Source: Promethearchaeota archaeon
Lineage (GTDB): Archaea; Asgardarchaeota; Lokiarchaeia; Sigyniarchaeales; SOKP01
Length of the DNA stretch: 64,000 bases
NCBI GenBank assembly: GCA_048937405.1
Contig: JBHLNF010000001.1
Span: 320,001-384,000 of the forward strand
Direction of reading: 5' to 3'
Of this stretch, positions 42,027 to 51,881 are shown one piece after another. The position numbers and the translations under genes were made by a program. Each line of letters begins with the position of its first letter. Positions within the stretch are counted from its first letter, which is position 1. The notes beneath the pieces are model-generated. The model made no database searches. It had not been told where the DNA came from and worked only from the letters and a program-made list of their open reading frames with translations.

Positions 42027-42803
42027 TCAGCTCATTAAGTTTTTTAATTTTTTTATAAATATATTTATTTTAACTTTTCGATTCTCTATAAAATCTTGAT
42101 GTGGTAAATTAAAAAGAGAGTGGGCATTTTTATTACCCTTTTCTTGAAATTCTTTCAAAAGATCAATATACCCTTGTTCAACATCACCAATATCCCTTTT
42201 AAAATCTGAGTCATTTATCATTTCATTAAAATTAGTTATTAAAGTACCAAAACCATGATGACGATCTTTGCCAGTATTATAATATTTATTTACATTTATT
42301 GTTCCATAATAAGATTTTAGACAGTCATAAATAAGATTTTCAAGTAATTTTCTAATTAAGACATACATAGAAGTAAAATAATAATCTTGATACGTACCAT
42401 TTATTTCATTAATTATTTCTTGATATTTTTCATCTCCTAATTCAATATCCTCAATTATTAATTCATATTTTAAAGATATTGGTGTAGTCTCACTTATATC
42501 AACATAATCTTTCTTCAAATCTTCAAATAATCCTGCTAATGATCCTATAACAAGCGTAAGCTTTCCCTTGATGGGATTATCACCATTCATATCCTTTTCT
42601 ATGGCTTTAAAATAAGGTGATTCCTTAATTACAGCTCTATTCGCTACTGCTTGTGCTTTTGTTAATATTTTTTTTACTTTTCTTTCCTCTTCTGCATCTC
42701 TGAGTGGATAAGGAATATCTCCATAAATTTTTATATGTTGGTTATATTCATTTATTACTTGCTCAATTTGAATTATGATTTCCTGCTTTCTTTTAGATGC
42801 CAC
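42027..42803 (-). CDS. HEPN-like (DUF4145-type) protein
   Basis: LIRKLLENLI ... GNKNAH. Confidence 0.6.
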   Translation of the reverse strand: MASKRKQEIIIQIEQVINEYNQHIKIYGDIPYPLRDAEEERKVKKILTKAQAVANRAVIKESPYFKAIEKDMNGDNPIKGKLTLVIGSLAGLFEDLKKDYVDISETTPISLKYELIIEDIELGDEKYQEIINEINGTYQDYYFTSMYVLIRKLLENLIYDCLKSYYGTINVNKYYNTGKDRHHGFGTLITNFNEMINDSDFKRDIGDVEQGYIDLLKEFQEKGNKNAHSLFNLPHQDFIENRKVKINIFIKKLKNLMS

Positions 42804-42911
42804 ACGAATCTCCTTTAATTTAAAATTTAATTTTCATACAAACCATAAACTTGTTTTTTTTTTGGCAAATTACCAAATTTATTGATTAAAGTCAAAATTT
42901 TTATATTATAT

Positions 42912-43745
42912 TTATCTCCTTGGGTTAATTATTACTTTTACTTTGAATTCTTCTGTTTCTTTAGATAAATCATTTTGGAGTGCTTCAGGATTAGAAATCA
43001 ATTCTTGAGGATCATAGATAAAGCAATATAATATCTTACAATTTGGATGAGTCTGATATTTTGCAATATCATCATTTAATTGTACTCCAAGCTCTTTATC
43101 CTTTAAATTTTCTGAAGTTTTTTTTACTTCAATAACAATTTTTTCATTTTTTAGTAAAAAATCCATACGTGAATTACTACCAGCAAAACTAGGCGTGAAT
43201 TCTTCAGCTCTTACATCATCAAATTCTAACTTTAATAAAGCATGTAATAAATCTTGTACATCATATTCATTTTGCACTTTAATTATTGGTATTGTACTTT
43301 TACCTTGACGCTTTTTTAATTGCTTTACAAATCTATGAAATCTACTTAGAATTCGTATAAGTTTTTCTTCTACGTTTTCAGTTTTTCTCTCTCTTTCTTC
43401 TTCTGTTTTTCCGATTGTTTCTTTAGCCTTTTCAATTTCTAATTCATCCAAAATAGTCTCAATAAGATTAAAATATTTTTTTCCTTTCGTTAGTAAATCT
43501 TCTCTAACTCGTTTATTAGTAATTGATTGAGGAGTATCGGCGTAAATACTGGGGGCTTTTAGGATATCATTTTGTAAGCCCTCAAGTTGATTTAAATAAT
43601 CCCTTTCTCTTCCGAATTTTCTTTCAACAATCATTACTAATTTTCTATGGACTTTATCCAAAATATATTTAATTTCATCCTTATTTTTTTCTGGTAATTT
43701 TGTAAGATCATCAATTATTTCTTTTAGAAGTAGTTTTTCGGACAT
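42912..43745 (-). CDS. PD-(D/E)XK restriction-endonuclease-like protein
   Basis: NEYDVQDLLHALL..DVRAEE.TPSFAG..SRMDFLL..IVIEVK. Confidence 0.8.
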   Translation of the reverse strand: MSEKLLLKEIIDDLTKLPEKNKDEIKYILDKVHRKLVMIVERKFGRERDYLNQLEGLQNDILKAPSIYADTPQSITNKRVREDLLTKGKKYFNLIETILDELEIEKAKETIGKTEEERERKTENVEEKLIRILSRFHRFVKQLKKRQGKSTIPIIKVQNEYDVQDLLHALLKLEFDDVRAEEFTPSFAGSNSRMDFLLKNEKIVIEVKKTSENLKDKELGVQLNDDIAKYQTHPNCKILYCFIYDPQELISNPEALQNDLSKETEEFKVKVIINPRR

Positions 43746-43942
43746 ATTACTTTCAAAATTTGTGATTTTTCTCTAAAACATATAGTACTTCTTCTATTAA
43801 ACTATAATTATTTATATTCTTAATATTAATGATTTTTCCTAATAGACTTTTCAAATTAAGAACAAATATTAAAATTTCAAACAACCTTATTTTTTACCAT
43901 CTATTATAAAGAAGAGTTAAGATCTAAACTGGGCAAAAATAT

Positions 43943-44494
43943 TTACCTCTCCTTAAACTCATCTAACTCTACATCTATTTCCTCTTCAAACTCCTCAAAA
44001 ATCTCCTCTCTTGTCAAATCTTTTTCCTGTTCTTGTTGTTCTTGTTCTTCTATGAATTGCTTTACTTTATCCTTAATTTCTTTTTGATTCTCATGGTAAA
44101 ATGTGTCTAATTGCTCTTTTTCTAATTGCTTTGAGGTGTTATTTTGCTTGGAGTTAGGATATTCCTGTAAATTTCCGTCTAGGTCAAATTCAGTTCGGGT
44201 AAAATCCCTGCTACTTTTAGGTGGTGGTGTTATTTTTCGTTTTATTGACTGTTTCTTGGGAATTTCTTTGTTTTTATTAAAATATTGGGTTATACGCCCT
44301 TCCTGCTTCTTTTCTTTTTTATTATTTATTTCTTCGGTTACCTGCTTAATTGTAGTCTCTATTCGTTCTCGGAATAACTCTTTATGTTGCTTATATTTTT
44401 CTTTATCAGCTCTAAAGGAGATTACCGTGCTGGGATTTTCAAATTTCTTAGGTCTATGTCCCTTCTTTTTTCGCTTTGAATCTCCTTCTGGCAT
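43943..44494 (-). CDS. Putative ribbon-helix-helix DNA-binding protein with acidic tail
   Basis: KGHRPKKFENPSTVISFR N-terminus; ATG 44494 after AGGTG. Confidence 0.55.
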   Translation of the reverse strand: MPEGDSKRKKKGHRPKKFENPSTVISFRADKEKYKQHKELFRERIETTIKQVTEEINNKKEKKQEGRITQYFNKNKEIPKKQSIKRKITPPPKSSRDFTRTEFDLDGNLQEYPNSKQNNTSKQLEKEQLDTFYHENQKEIKDKVKQFIEEQEQQEQEKDLTREEIFEEFEEEIDVELDEFKER

Positions 44495-44784
44495 GTTTAA
44501 CACCTACTTTTATCTTATTTACCCATATAAATGAATCTAGATATACTATTGAAAACCTTTAATATGGATAATTTCAATTGTAGTACAATTACTTTTACAT
44601 TTTTGTATTTAAACAACGAAATTTTTCAAAAAAAATGCAATAAACTTCAAGAGAAAAGAGGGTTGCCGAATGTAGCGAAGCGGAGTAAGGCTAGATTTGG
44701 GCGTAGCTTTCCAACTGACCTTTAGGAAGGAAGGAAAGCAAGAACAAATCGTATCCCTCCATTAAAAAAGGTAAGACGGAATTG
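44389..44784. repeat. ~390 bp direct repeat copy 1 (RHH 5' end, promoter, structured element)
   Basis: Aligns with 45880-46275. Confidence 0.88.
44658..44760. other. GC-rich branched ssDNA/RNA structure, copy 1
   Basis: GAGGG/CCCTC closing stem, GCC..GGC hairpin, GATTTG/CAAATC and GCTTTCC/GGAAAGC stems. Confidence 0.7.
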
Positions 44785-44951
44785 AATCAAATCGAAAAAA
44801 TTTAGGTATATAAGAATTTATTTTCAAATCTTAATTTTTTTTTTCATTCCTAGATTATACAGAAATTATCTATAAAATCCTCAACGACTTGTGAATCACT
44901 ACAAAATTGTTAAAATAGCTTATTTTTATAACATAGAACCTTTTATTATTT

Positions 44952-45872
44952 ATGGGCTTAGTGTCAGTAAAAAATATAAAAAGTTTAATTTCCATGAGTC
45001 CATCTTTATTACAGTCAATATTTAGAAATGTTCCCTTATATGTGAATTATGACTTAACTTGGCAATGTAATTTAAAATGTCGACATTGTTATTTTTTCTC
45101 ATCAACAACGGAATTAAAAAATAAAAGAAGAGAATTATCCAACAAAGACTGGGTAAAAGTTTTTAAATACCATAGAAAATTAGGAACAAAGATTGCTGTT
45201 TTAACAGGTGGAGAACCTACTTTAAGAACAGATGTTATAAAAGAAGCGATTAAAATTTTTCCCACAGTTCAAGTTGTATCAAATGGGGTTATAAAATTAC
45301 CCCAATTTAATGGATTTAAACAACCGAAATATTGGGTAAGTATAGATGGTAAAAAGGAAACACATAATAAGATAAGAGGTGCAAGGGTTTTTGATAATGT
45401 CATACAAAATATTCAAGAAAGCAATCCAGTCGTTGCATCCACCATAATGACATTAAATTATAAGGAAATTGAAGAAATAGTTAAGATTGGTCTTGATAAT
45501 GGTGCATCTGGATTAGTCTTTTTATTATATACCGACTATCCTAACAGCTCCCTCTTATTAAAGGGAAATATATTAAAAAAGGTAATTAAAGATATTTTAA
45601 AGGTAATGCATGAATATGGAAATTTTATTTTTTATTCAAAAAAAATGTTAGAAGTATACCTATCAAAAGAATTCGTACCTCATTGTATATTCAAAACTGG
45701 TCAAATAAAAAGTTTCTATCCCGATGGAACACAAAAATTTTGTGTTATGGGAAATTCACCGCTTCTATGTGAAAATTGTGGATGTGTCGTACCAATTGCT
45801 GCATATGCCTTATTTAAGAAATTTGACGCTGGTACAGTTGATAAAACGAGAAAATTGTTTAATCTTGCATAA
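44952..45872 (+). CDS. Radical SAM protein
   Basis: CNLKCRHC, TGGEP, SIDG..HNKIRG, C-terminal Cys cluster. Confidence 0.9.
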   Translation: MGLVSVKNIKSLISMSPSLLQSIFRNVPLYVNYDLTWQCNLKCRHCYFFSSTTELKNKRRELSNKDWVKVFKYHRKLGTKIAVLTGGEPTLRTDVIKEAIKIFPTVQVVSNGVIKLPQFNGFKQPKYWVSIDGKKETHNKIRGARVFDNVIQNIQESNPVVASTIMTLNYKEIEEIVKIGLDNGASGLVFLLYTDYPNSSLLLKGNILKKVIKDILKVMHEYGNFIFYSKKMLEVYLSKEFVPHCIFKTGQIKSFYPDGTQKFCVMGNSPLLCENCGCVVPIAAYALFKKFDAGTVDKTRKLFNLA

Positions 45873-45879
45873 TAATTAA

Positions 45880-46275
45880 GCTCATATTTTTCTTTATCCG
45901 CTCTAAAGGAGATTACCTCGCTTGATTTCTCAAATTTCTTGGGTCGATGCCCTTTCTTCTTTTTCTTTGAATTATCATCAACCTATTTGAACACCAAATT
46001 TAATATTAGTTAACCTTATGGAAGAATTTAAGAATATTTTTGAAATAAATTAGTATGGATAATTCTCAATTGTAATACAAACGACTCTGAATGTATCTGT
46101 CTAAACTCCTTAATTCTTCAATAATACTACATCTAATTCTAAGTAAAAAGAGGGTTGCCGAACGTAGCGAAGCGAAGTAAGGCTAGATTTGGGCGTAGCT
46201 TTCCGACTGACCTTTAGGAAGGAAGGAAAGCAAGAACAAATCGTATCCCTCCATTAAAGAGGTAAGGCGGAGTTG
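45880..46275. repeat. ~390 bp direct repeat copy 2 with truncated RHH remnant
   Basis: Minus strand reads KKKKGHRPKKFEKSSEVISFRADKEKYE and then breaks at the radical SAM stop. Confidence 0.88.
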
Positions 46276-46362
46276 TTTTGCGGAGCAAAACTAGACCACT
46301 CCGTAGCTTTTCGATTGATATGGAATGAAAGAAGGAAAGCAAGGAGTGGTCGTATCGAAGCC
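46150..46362. other. GC-rich branched structure, copy 2 plus a co-varying tandem unit
   Basis: 46150-46252 nearly identical to copy 1; 46266-46362 has the same architecture with different stems. Confidence 0.7.
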
Positions 46363-46457
46363 AAGTATTTAAAATTATCTATATCCTCGATTTGAAAGAA
46401 TAGTGATTTTTCTATGACAAATCCTATTTTATCCAATTAAATGTTTAGATTCTCTTC

Positions 46458-47729
46458 TTATATTTTAGGAAAATTAAAATTATTTTTTTGAAGAACTTTC
46501 ATTAATTTGACATTGGATAATTGATAGTTAGCAAAATCATTTGAATTATATTGATCAACTCTGAAATTATGATTATATAGAAAATTACATAAGGCTTTCA
46601 ATTTACATAAGGAATTATAATACTTTTCTACAGAAAAAATTTCATTTCTATTTTTTCCTAAAACTATCTTAGCACCACATAAACCATCTCCCATTTTAAT
46701 ATAAAAAATATCAAGATCATGAACAAATTTATCTCTTAGGTCTTTATTTATCCAATCATTGAAATCATAACCTTCTATCTTAAGATATTCGAGTTTATCA
46801 TTCAAATTATAATCTAAAATAGACATAAAAAAATTTTTATAAGAATACATTTCTTTAAATTCATCTAACGGCATATCTTGAAATATTGTAATAATTTCAG
46901 GGGGGATTACATAATTATAGCGATATTTTATTTTAGAATAAATTCTATTGACAATTTTTTTTATTGCATTACTTTCATTTATAGAGGCATTTAACCTTTT
47001 CAAATAATTAACAAATTTTCTCTTAAAATTCATCAAATTCTTATCAGTAGGTAGAGTAGTTTTAAATTCTTGAATACAAAATATAGGAAATTTTTCTTTA
47101 TAAATACTGAAGTTATATCCTTCTCTTAAATTTATTAAGATTTGGTTTAAAACTCTTTTAGATATATCGTTTTCAGTTACTAATATTTTTCCATTTTCAA
47201 GATTTTTTTGAATTTCATTATAAAATTTATTCTTTATACTTAGCAACGTTATTAAATATGAAATTTGAAACTTTAATTGATTTTCAAATAATTGTTTATA
47301 TAAGTTGTTGAATCTCCTCAAAGCTTTCTCTGAACTTCTAAATGAACTTAACCATCCTTTTTCTTTTCTCATAAATTTATATTTTGATTTTAATTCAAGT
47401 TGCAAAGAAGATTGGAAAGGTTCAATAAGTAAAAAGTTAAAAAGGCTCTTATTTCTTATATAATAAAAAATATTATATAAATCAGATTTTAATTTGGTTC
47501 CATATTTCTCTCTTAGATTTTTTTGGAATCTAATAACTTCATCTAAAGCATAATTACTTGTTCTTATCGATTTATTTATTAAATTTAAAGAAAATACATC
47601 CAATACAATTAAGAATAAAATTGTGAATATGATTTGGGTGATTTTATATTGTTGATTTAAGATCACCAATATGTTAAGAAAATGAGCTAGTATTAGTAAA
47701 CAAATAAATAATTTCGTTGATAATTTCAT
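46458..47729 (-). CDS. Hypothetical protein with two N-terminal TMs
   Basis: 423 aa, very AT-rich. Confidence 0.6.
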   Translation of the reverse strand: MKLSTKLFICLLILAHFLNILVILNQQYKITQIIFTILFLIVLDVFSLNLINKSIRTSNYALDEVIRFQKNLREKYGTKLKSDLYNIFYYIRNKSLFNFLLIEPFQSSLQLELKSKYKFMRKEKGWLSSFRSSEKALRRFNNLYKQLFENQLKFQISYLITLLSIKNKFYNEIQKNLENGKILVTENDISKRVLNQILINLREGYNFSIYKEKFPIFCIQEFKTTLPTDKNLMNFKRKFVNYLKRLNASINESNAIKKIVNRIYSKIKYRYNYVIPPEIITIFQDMPLDEFKEMYSYKNFFMSILDYNLNDKLEYLKIEGYDFNDWINKDLRDKFVHDLDIFYIKMGDGLCGAKIVLGKNRNEIFSVEKYYNSLCKLKALCNFLYNHNFRVDQYNSNDFANYQLSNVKLMKVLQKNNFNFPKI

Positions 47730-48098
47730 TTCTGATACTAACCTATATTATATTATTTAGTATTATTAATTTTTATCTTTCCTATTAACCTTCTATTTAT
47801 TTTAATCTTTTAAATTTTTAATTAATAATATTCCATAACATTAAAAAAAGGCAATAAGCTCTAGTCTTTCATAAAAATCAATCTATCATAGAATATATTA
47901 TCGTCAATTATTTTAAATGAAATTCTCCTTTGCTTTATCCATTCTTGCTTATATAGTTTTGAATAATTTTTAAATTGTCAATCGAAATGATATAGGAATG
48001 TTCAAGTAAAAATGCCTTTTATTTATTCTATTTTTTTGTAAATTTTTTTAGTTTGACTCTAAATTCTTTCCAAGTTTAACCAAAAAGTTAAATTTTAT

Positions 48099-50219
48099 TT
48101 ATTGCGAAGGTGTTTTCTTATTTGCGAGAAATACAAGATAAATGATTAAACTTTTTGATTGAGCATAAGGGAGCCATTTAAACCTTATATATTCTTGGTT
48201 TGGCATTATAGTTAATTCACGACTTATTTTTTTTCGAAAATCTAATCCCACCAAAAAACCGATACGAGAATTAATGATTTCACTTTTAATTTGAGTAGTG
48301 AACTTTGATTCTAAAATATCAAAAGCATTTTTGTTATCTTCTCTTTTTCTTGCTTTTTTATGTTTTAAGACTTTAAGTTCAATTGGAATTGTAAAAGATA
48401 ATTTTAAATCTATATGTCCTCTTGCTTCATTTGGAGTATCAATAATTTCTTCACCAAAAACATCTTTTAATCTTTCTCTCATAATTGGATGAAAAAATTT
48501 TGTTTCCATTTCTTTTCGCGAACTATCTCTATTTTTCTCAAACCATTCCTCAGCACCGTCTTGAATAAAGTCTCGATGATTATTATTATACACCATTTTG
48601 TTTACAAAAAAGTTTAAGACTCTAAAAAAATCTTTACAAAACTTTTGAGGTAACCTCAAATTAGCAAAATTATCCTGTAATTCTGAAATTAAGAATTTAT
48701 TCATATCTGCATATCCAGTATCAACTTGATTCCGAATTAAATCTTCACTTTTAGTTAGAGATTTTTGAACATTATTCTTTAATGGGTGATAATATTCATT
48801 CTTAATACCCATGAATTTAGTAAGAATGTGATTATTTGGAAAAAATTCTGGATCTCCACTCCATTGAAAGATGAGTGGAAAATCTCTTTGATGGAAATCT
48901 TTAATCTCTATTTCTTTACCTTCTATGGGGATTAAAATATCTCTTCCATTTATATTTATCTTACAGCGAAAACAAGAATGATAATTTTGATTAGCAGTCC
49001 ATTTGACTTTAATAAATTTTTTCTTATCCTTTTCTTTAAATTTTGGATTTAATATTTTAAGCGATTTAATTGGAAGAACAATTGCAAAACTTGGTTGATC
49101 AATAGTATTAAGATTATAACCAATAAAGTTATTTATTTTTTCAGTTACATTAGATAACGAACCATCGTCATTCAGAAATTCAATTCCTTCTAATTCTAGA
49201 TTTGAATATTCTATTTTAGTAAAATGCCCAAAATGGTCAAAAAAGATGAAATTGAGTATATCTCCATTATCCGAGCAAGAAATCCTTGTACATTCATAGC
49301 CTGATTCTAATTTATCTTTAAAACCATTATAATAGAAATAATAGGGGAATGGATATAAAAATTCAAGAATATAATTATCAAAATTGTATTTTAAGTAAGG
49401 AGCACTTTCAATTCTTTTTTCAATACTCTCTAGAGAAATAATTTCTTCAAAAAGTCCTATTTCATAGTTATAAGAAAAGATGGGTTCCCTCTTCTCATTT
49501 TTTTTTTCAGTAAAATCAATTCTAAAATAGAGTATTTCATTATAAGGAAATGTTTCTGGTAATTGTTTAATCCCTTGATGATTAAATGCGACGATTCTTA
49601 CTCGAAGATTCTCATAAGTCTCAAATAAATAATTTTGTTTAACTTCATTTATATATCTTAATATCGTCTTAAAATTCCAGAATTGACAAAAATTTCTTTT
49701 TATTTCTTCACCTTTATTTGTAATTCCTAAAAAAATTGGATTTCCTGTTAAGTATTCAATCCCTATTTGAATTAATTCTAAATCTATTAATAAACTAATT
49801 AAAAATTTGGTTTGGTAAAGAAGTCCAACTGGAATTTCATTTAATAGAGAATCATTAATCACAATATCACCCCAACTATTTTGCTTACGGTGTTCTTCAA
49901 AAAAATTAAGCATTTTGCACAATAAAAGGATATAATTTGGTTTTTGGTTAAAAATTAATTCATAGTATAAATAAGTCTTTAATCGAAGCCCATTATTAAT
50001 AATAAATCCTTTTCCTTCTAATCCTCTAATTCCTCTATTGATTTTATTATTAATGTCAATATTGGAAGGTGGAGGGATACACGTGGGAATATAACTACGA
50101 TATTTTAAATTCTCTATAAATTCTATGCAATAAATTCTAATAACTTCTAATTCTTCTTCAGAAAAATCATTAATTTCATATTCAAATATATTTCTCTCTT
50201 CAAAATCTTCAAAAAACAT
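48099..50219 (-). CDS. Large hypothetical protein with C-terminal PD-(D/E)XK-like domain
   Basis: E..FFH...RGHIDLKL...IPIELK. Confidence 0.6.
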   Translation of the reverse strand: MFFEDFEERNIFEYEINDFSEEELEVIRIYCIEFIENLKYRSYIPTCIPPPSNIDINNKINRGIRGLEGKGFIINNGLRLKTYLYYELIFNQKPNYILLLCKMLNFFEEHRKQNSWGDIVINDSLLNEIPVGLLYQTKFLISLLIDLELIQIGIEYLTGNPIFLGITNKGEEIKRNFCQFWNFKTILRYINEVKQNYLFETYENLRVRIVAFNHQGIKQLPETFPYNEILYFRIDFTEKKNEKREPIFSYNYEIGLFEEIISLESIEKRIESAPYLKYNFDNYILEFLYPFPYYFYYNGFKDKLESGYECTRISCSDNGDILNFIFFDHFGHFTKIEYSNLELEGIEFLNDDGSLSNVTEKINNFIGYNLNTIDQPSFAIVLPIKSLKILNPKFKEKDKKKFIKVKWTANQNYHSCFRCKININGRDILIPIEGKEIEIKDFHQRDFPLIFQWSGDPEFFPNNHILTKFMGIKNEYYHPLKNNVQKSLTKSEDLIRNQVDTGYADMNKFLISELQDNFANLRLPQKFCKDFFRVLNFFVNKMVYNNNHRDFIQDGAEEWFEKNRDSSRKEMETKFFHPIMRERLKDVFGEEIIDTPNEARGHIDLKLSFTIPIELKVLKHKKARKREDNKNAFDILESKFTTQIKSEIINSRIGFLVGLDFRKKISRELTIMPNQEYIRFKWLPYAQSKSLIIYLVFLANKKTPSQ

Positions 50220-51162
50220 GTTCTATACACGTACAAACTCAATAATACTGAAGAAATCTAAGATTCTTTTTTATTTAGATTTAACTAACAATATTTTAAT
50301 AAAAAAGATATAAAATTATATTATAGCAAGATTTTAGAGGAAGTAATATTATAAGAATTTATTATCCTGCTCATACTTTATCATTTCATCTGGTCTTAAA
50401 TTCAATCAAATGATTTTTTTAAAATTTTAAGATTCTTACTTTTTTAGAATACTATTTTGTCTTACTTAAGATAATCTTAAATTTCATTATTACGTTCTGA
50501 AATCCTATTACCTATTACTAAACCTTCATATGTGAGTAAATAATGGTATTTATTGACGAATATATCTCTACTTATCAATCCTTTTTGAAAAAATCTTTTC
50601 ATTGTAGCTTTGAATGACATATTAGTAATTTAGAATTAGATATCTCATTATATTTCTCAAGTAACTCTTTCTGCGTAGTATAACAAATTTCACATTTCTC
50701 TTTTTTATAGGAATATGTTAGCATAAATTTTTCCACCTTTCCTGATCTAACCATTTTTCTTTTTTTATTCTTATTTCTAAACATATTAAAAAAATTCACT
50801 ATTGATCTCTACTCGATCTATATCTTTTTATACCCTCATTAATCTATTGTTCTGTCTAATGATGTTGGAATTAGGGAGTGGTTGTCACCTTTTCCACTCC
50901 CTTCTTAAAAACAAATAAAAATAGGTTTAATTGGTTTTTTTGTCTTATTGAAGATAAATATGAGGATCATGCATGCTAATCATGTATGCTTATCATGTAT
51001 ATACACGAACAGTTAAATAATAAGATTGAATCATTTATAATAAGAAAAGTAGTTGGGAGAATTCAATAAATAATCTCAAGGATAACCCTAATAATATCCT
51101 CTTTTCTAACTAGTGTGTTCTTCTTTAAAAAAACAATTAAAATTAAATTTATGGGAGAGAAG

Positions 51163-51394
51163 TATGAAATATTATTGTCCACATTGTAAATCTGAAAGAG
51201 TTATTGAATATGGGAAATATTTTCAATGTGTAGAATGTAATTCAGAATTTTCTAAAGAATCTGTGGGAAATATTGAAGATACAAATATACTTTCCACTCA
51301 AGAATTAGATGGGTTTATCGATTCTTTTGAAGAATTAAAAGATAAGAAGCAAAGAGATGGGTTTTTGGAATCTCTTAAAGAGGATTTTCACTAA
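51163..51394 (+). CDS. Small zinc-ribbon protein
   Basis: YYCPHC...FQCVEC; ATG after GGGAG. Confidence 0.7.
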
Positions 51395-51398
51395 ACCT

Positions 51399-51530
51399 TT
51401 TGTACTACAATTATTCTTCTAAATTTAAATTGTAGTACATCAAAAATATTCCTCTTTTCAATTGTATTACACTTAAATTTCATCTGTATTACAATGTATT
51501 ACAATTGAACTTTCTTCCTATGTAACAAGT
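51399..51530. promoter_or_regulatory. Second array of TGTA-N-TACA sites at the island right end
   Basis: Cores at 51402, 51432, 51464, 51486, 51496 (partial at 51522). Confidence 0.8.
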
Positions 51531-51563
51531 ATATTTAACGACAGTTAAGATGAAATGATATAT

Positions 51564-51626
51564 TTAGGTTTTGGATTTTAAAGGTTGCTCCCCACCTAAA
51601 TCCTCATCAAATTCATCAAAACTCAT
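51564..51626 (-). pseudogene. 5' fragment of the Ubl gene (MSFDEFDEDLGGEQPLKSKT-stop)
   Basis: 19/20 aa identical to the N-terminus of 16443-16781. Confidence 0.9.
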
Positions 51627-51729
51627 TCAAAACACTTCTTTTTCTGTTATTTTTTATTTTATAATTTTTTCTTAATAAAAACACATAAAAAAGATATAAT
51701 AAAACCCTTTGGAATGATTTTGAAGTTTT
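51567..51729. repeat. Direct repeat copy 2; right boundary of island
   Basis: Aligns with 16722-16888. Confidence 0.9.
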
Positions 51730-51881
51730 TATTAGAATTGTTCAAAAAAGTAGTAAATTAAAAATCATAAGAAATTAGATTATAAATGGCATGAATGCCT
51801 AGTATTATTTATAATATATTGATTTAAAGAAGTTAAAAATTTACTAACCCATAAATGTCAAAACGATAAAAAAATAAGCCA

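Larger units (their letters stand above)
16722..51729. mobile_element. Putative ~35 kb integrated element inserted at the 5' end of the Ubl gene
   Basis: Flanking direct repeat; contains Rep/Cdc6/RPA/RadA/ATPase/defence-like genes; Ubl-related genes on both sides. Confidence 0.65.

Noticed and set aside
44658-44760. Possible tRNA or hammerhead ribozyme
   Set aside because: No cloverleaf or T-loop; CTGA is not followed by NGA and the hammerhead core cannot be assembled.
44531-46436. Short ORFs 44531-44725 and 46254-46436
   Set aside because: They run through the structured non-coding repeat and are not conserved between the copies.
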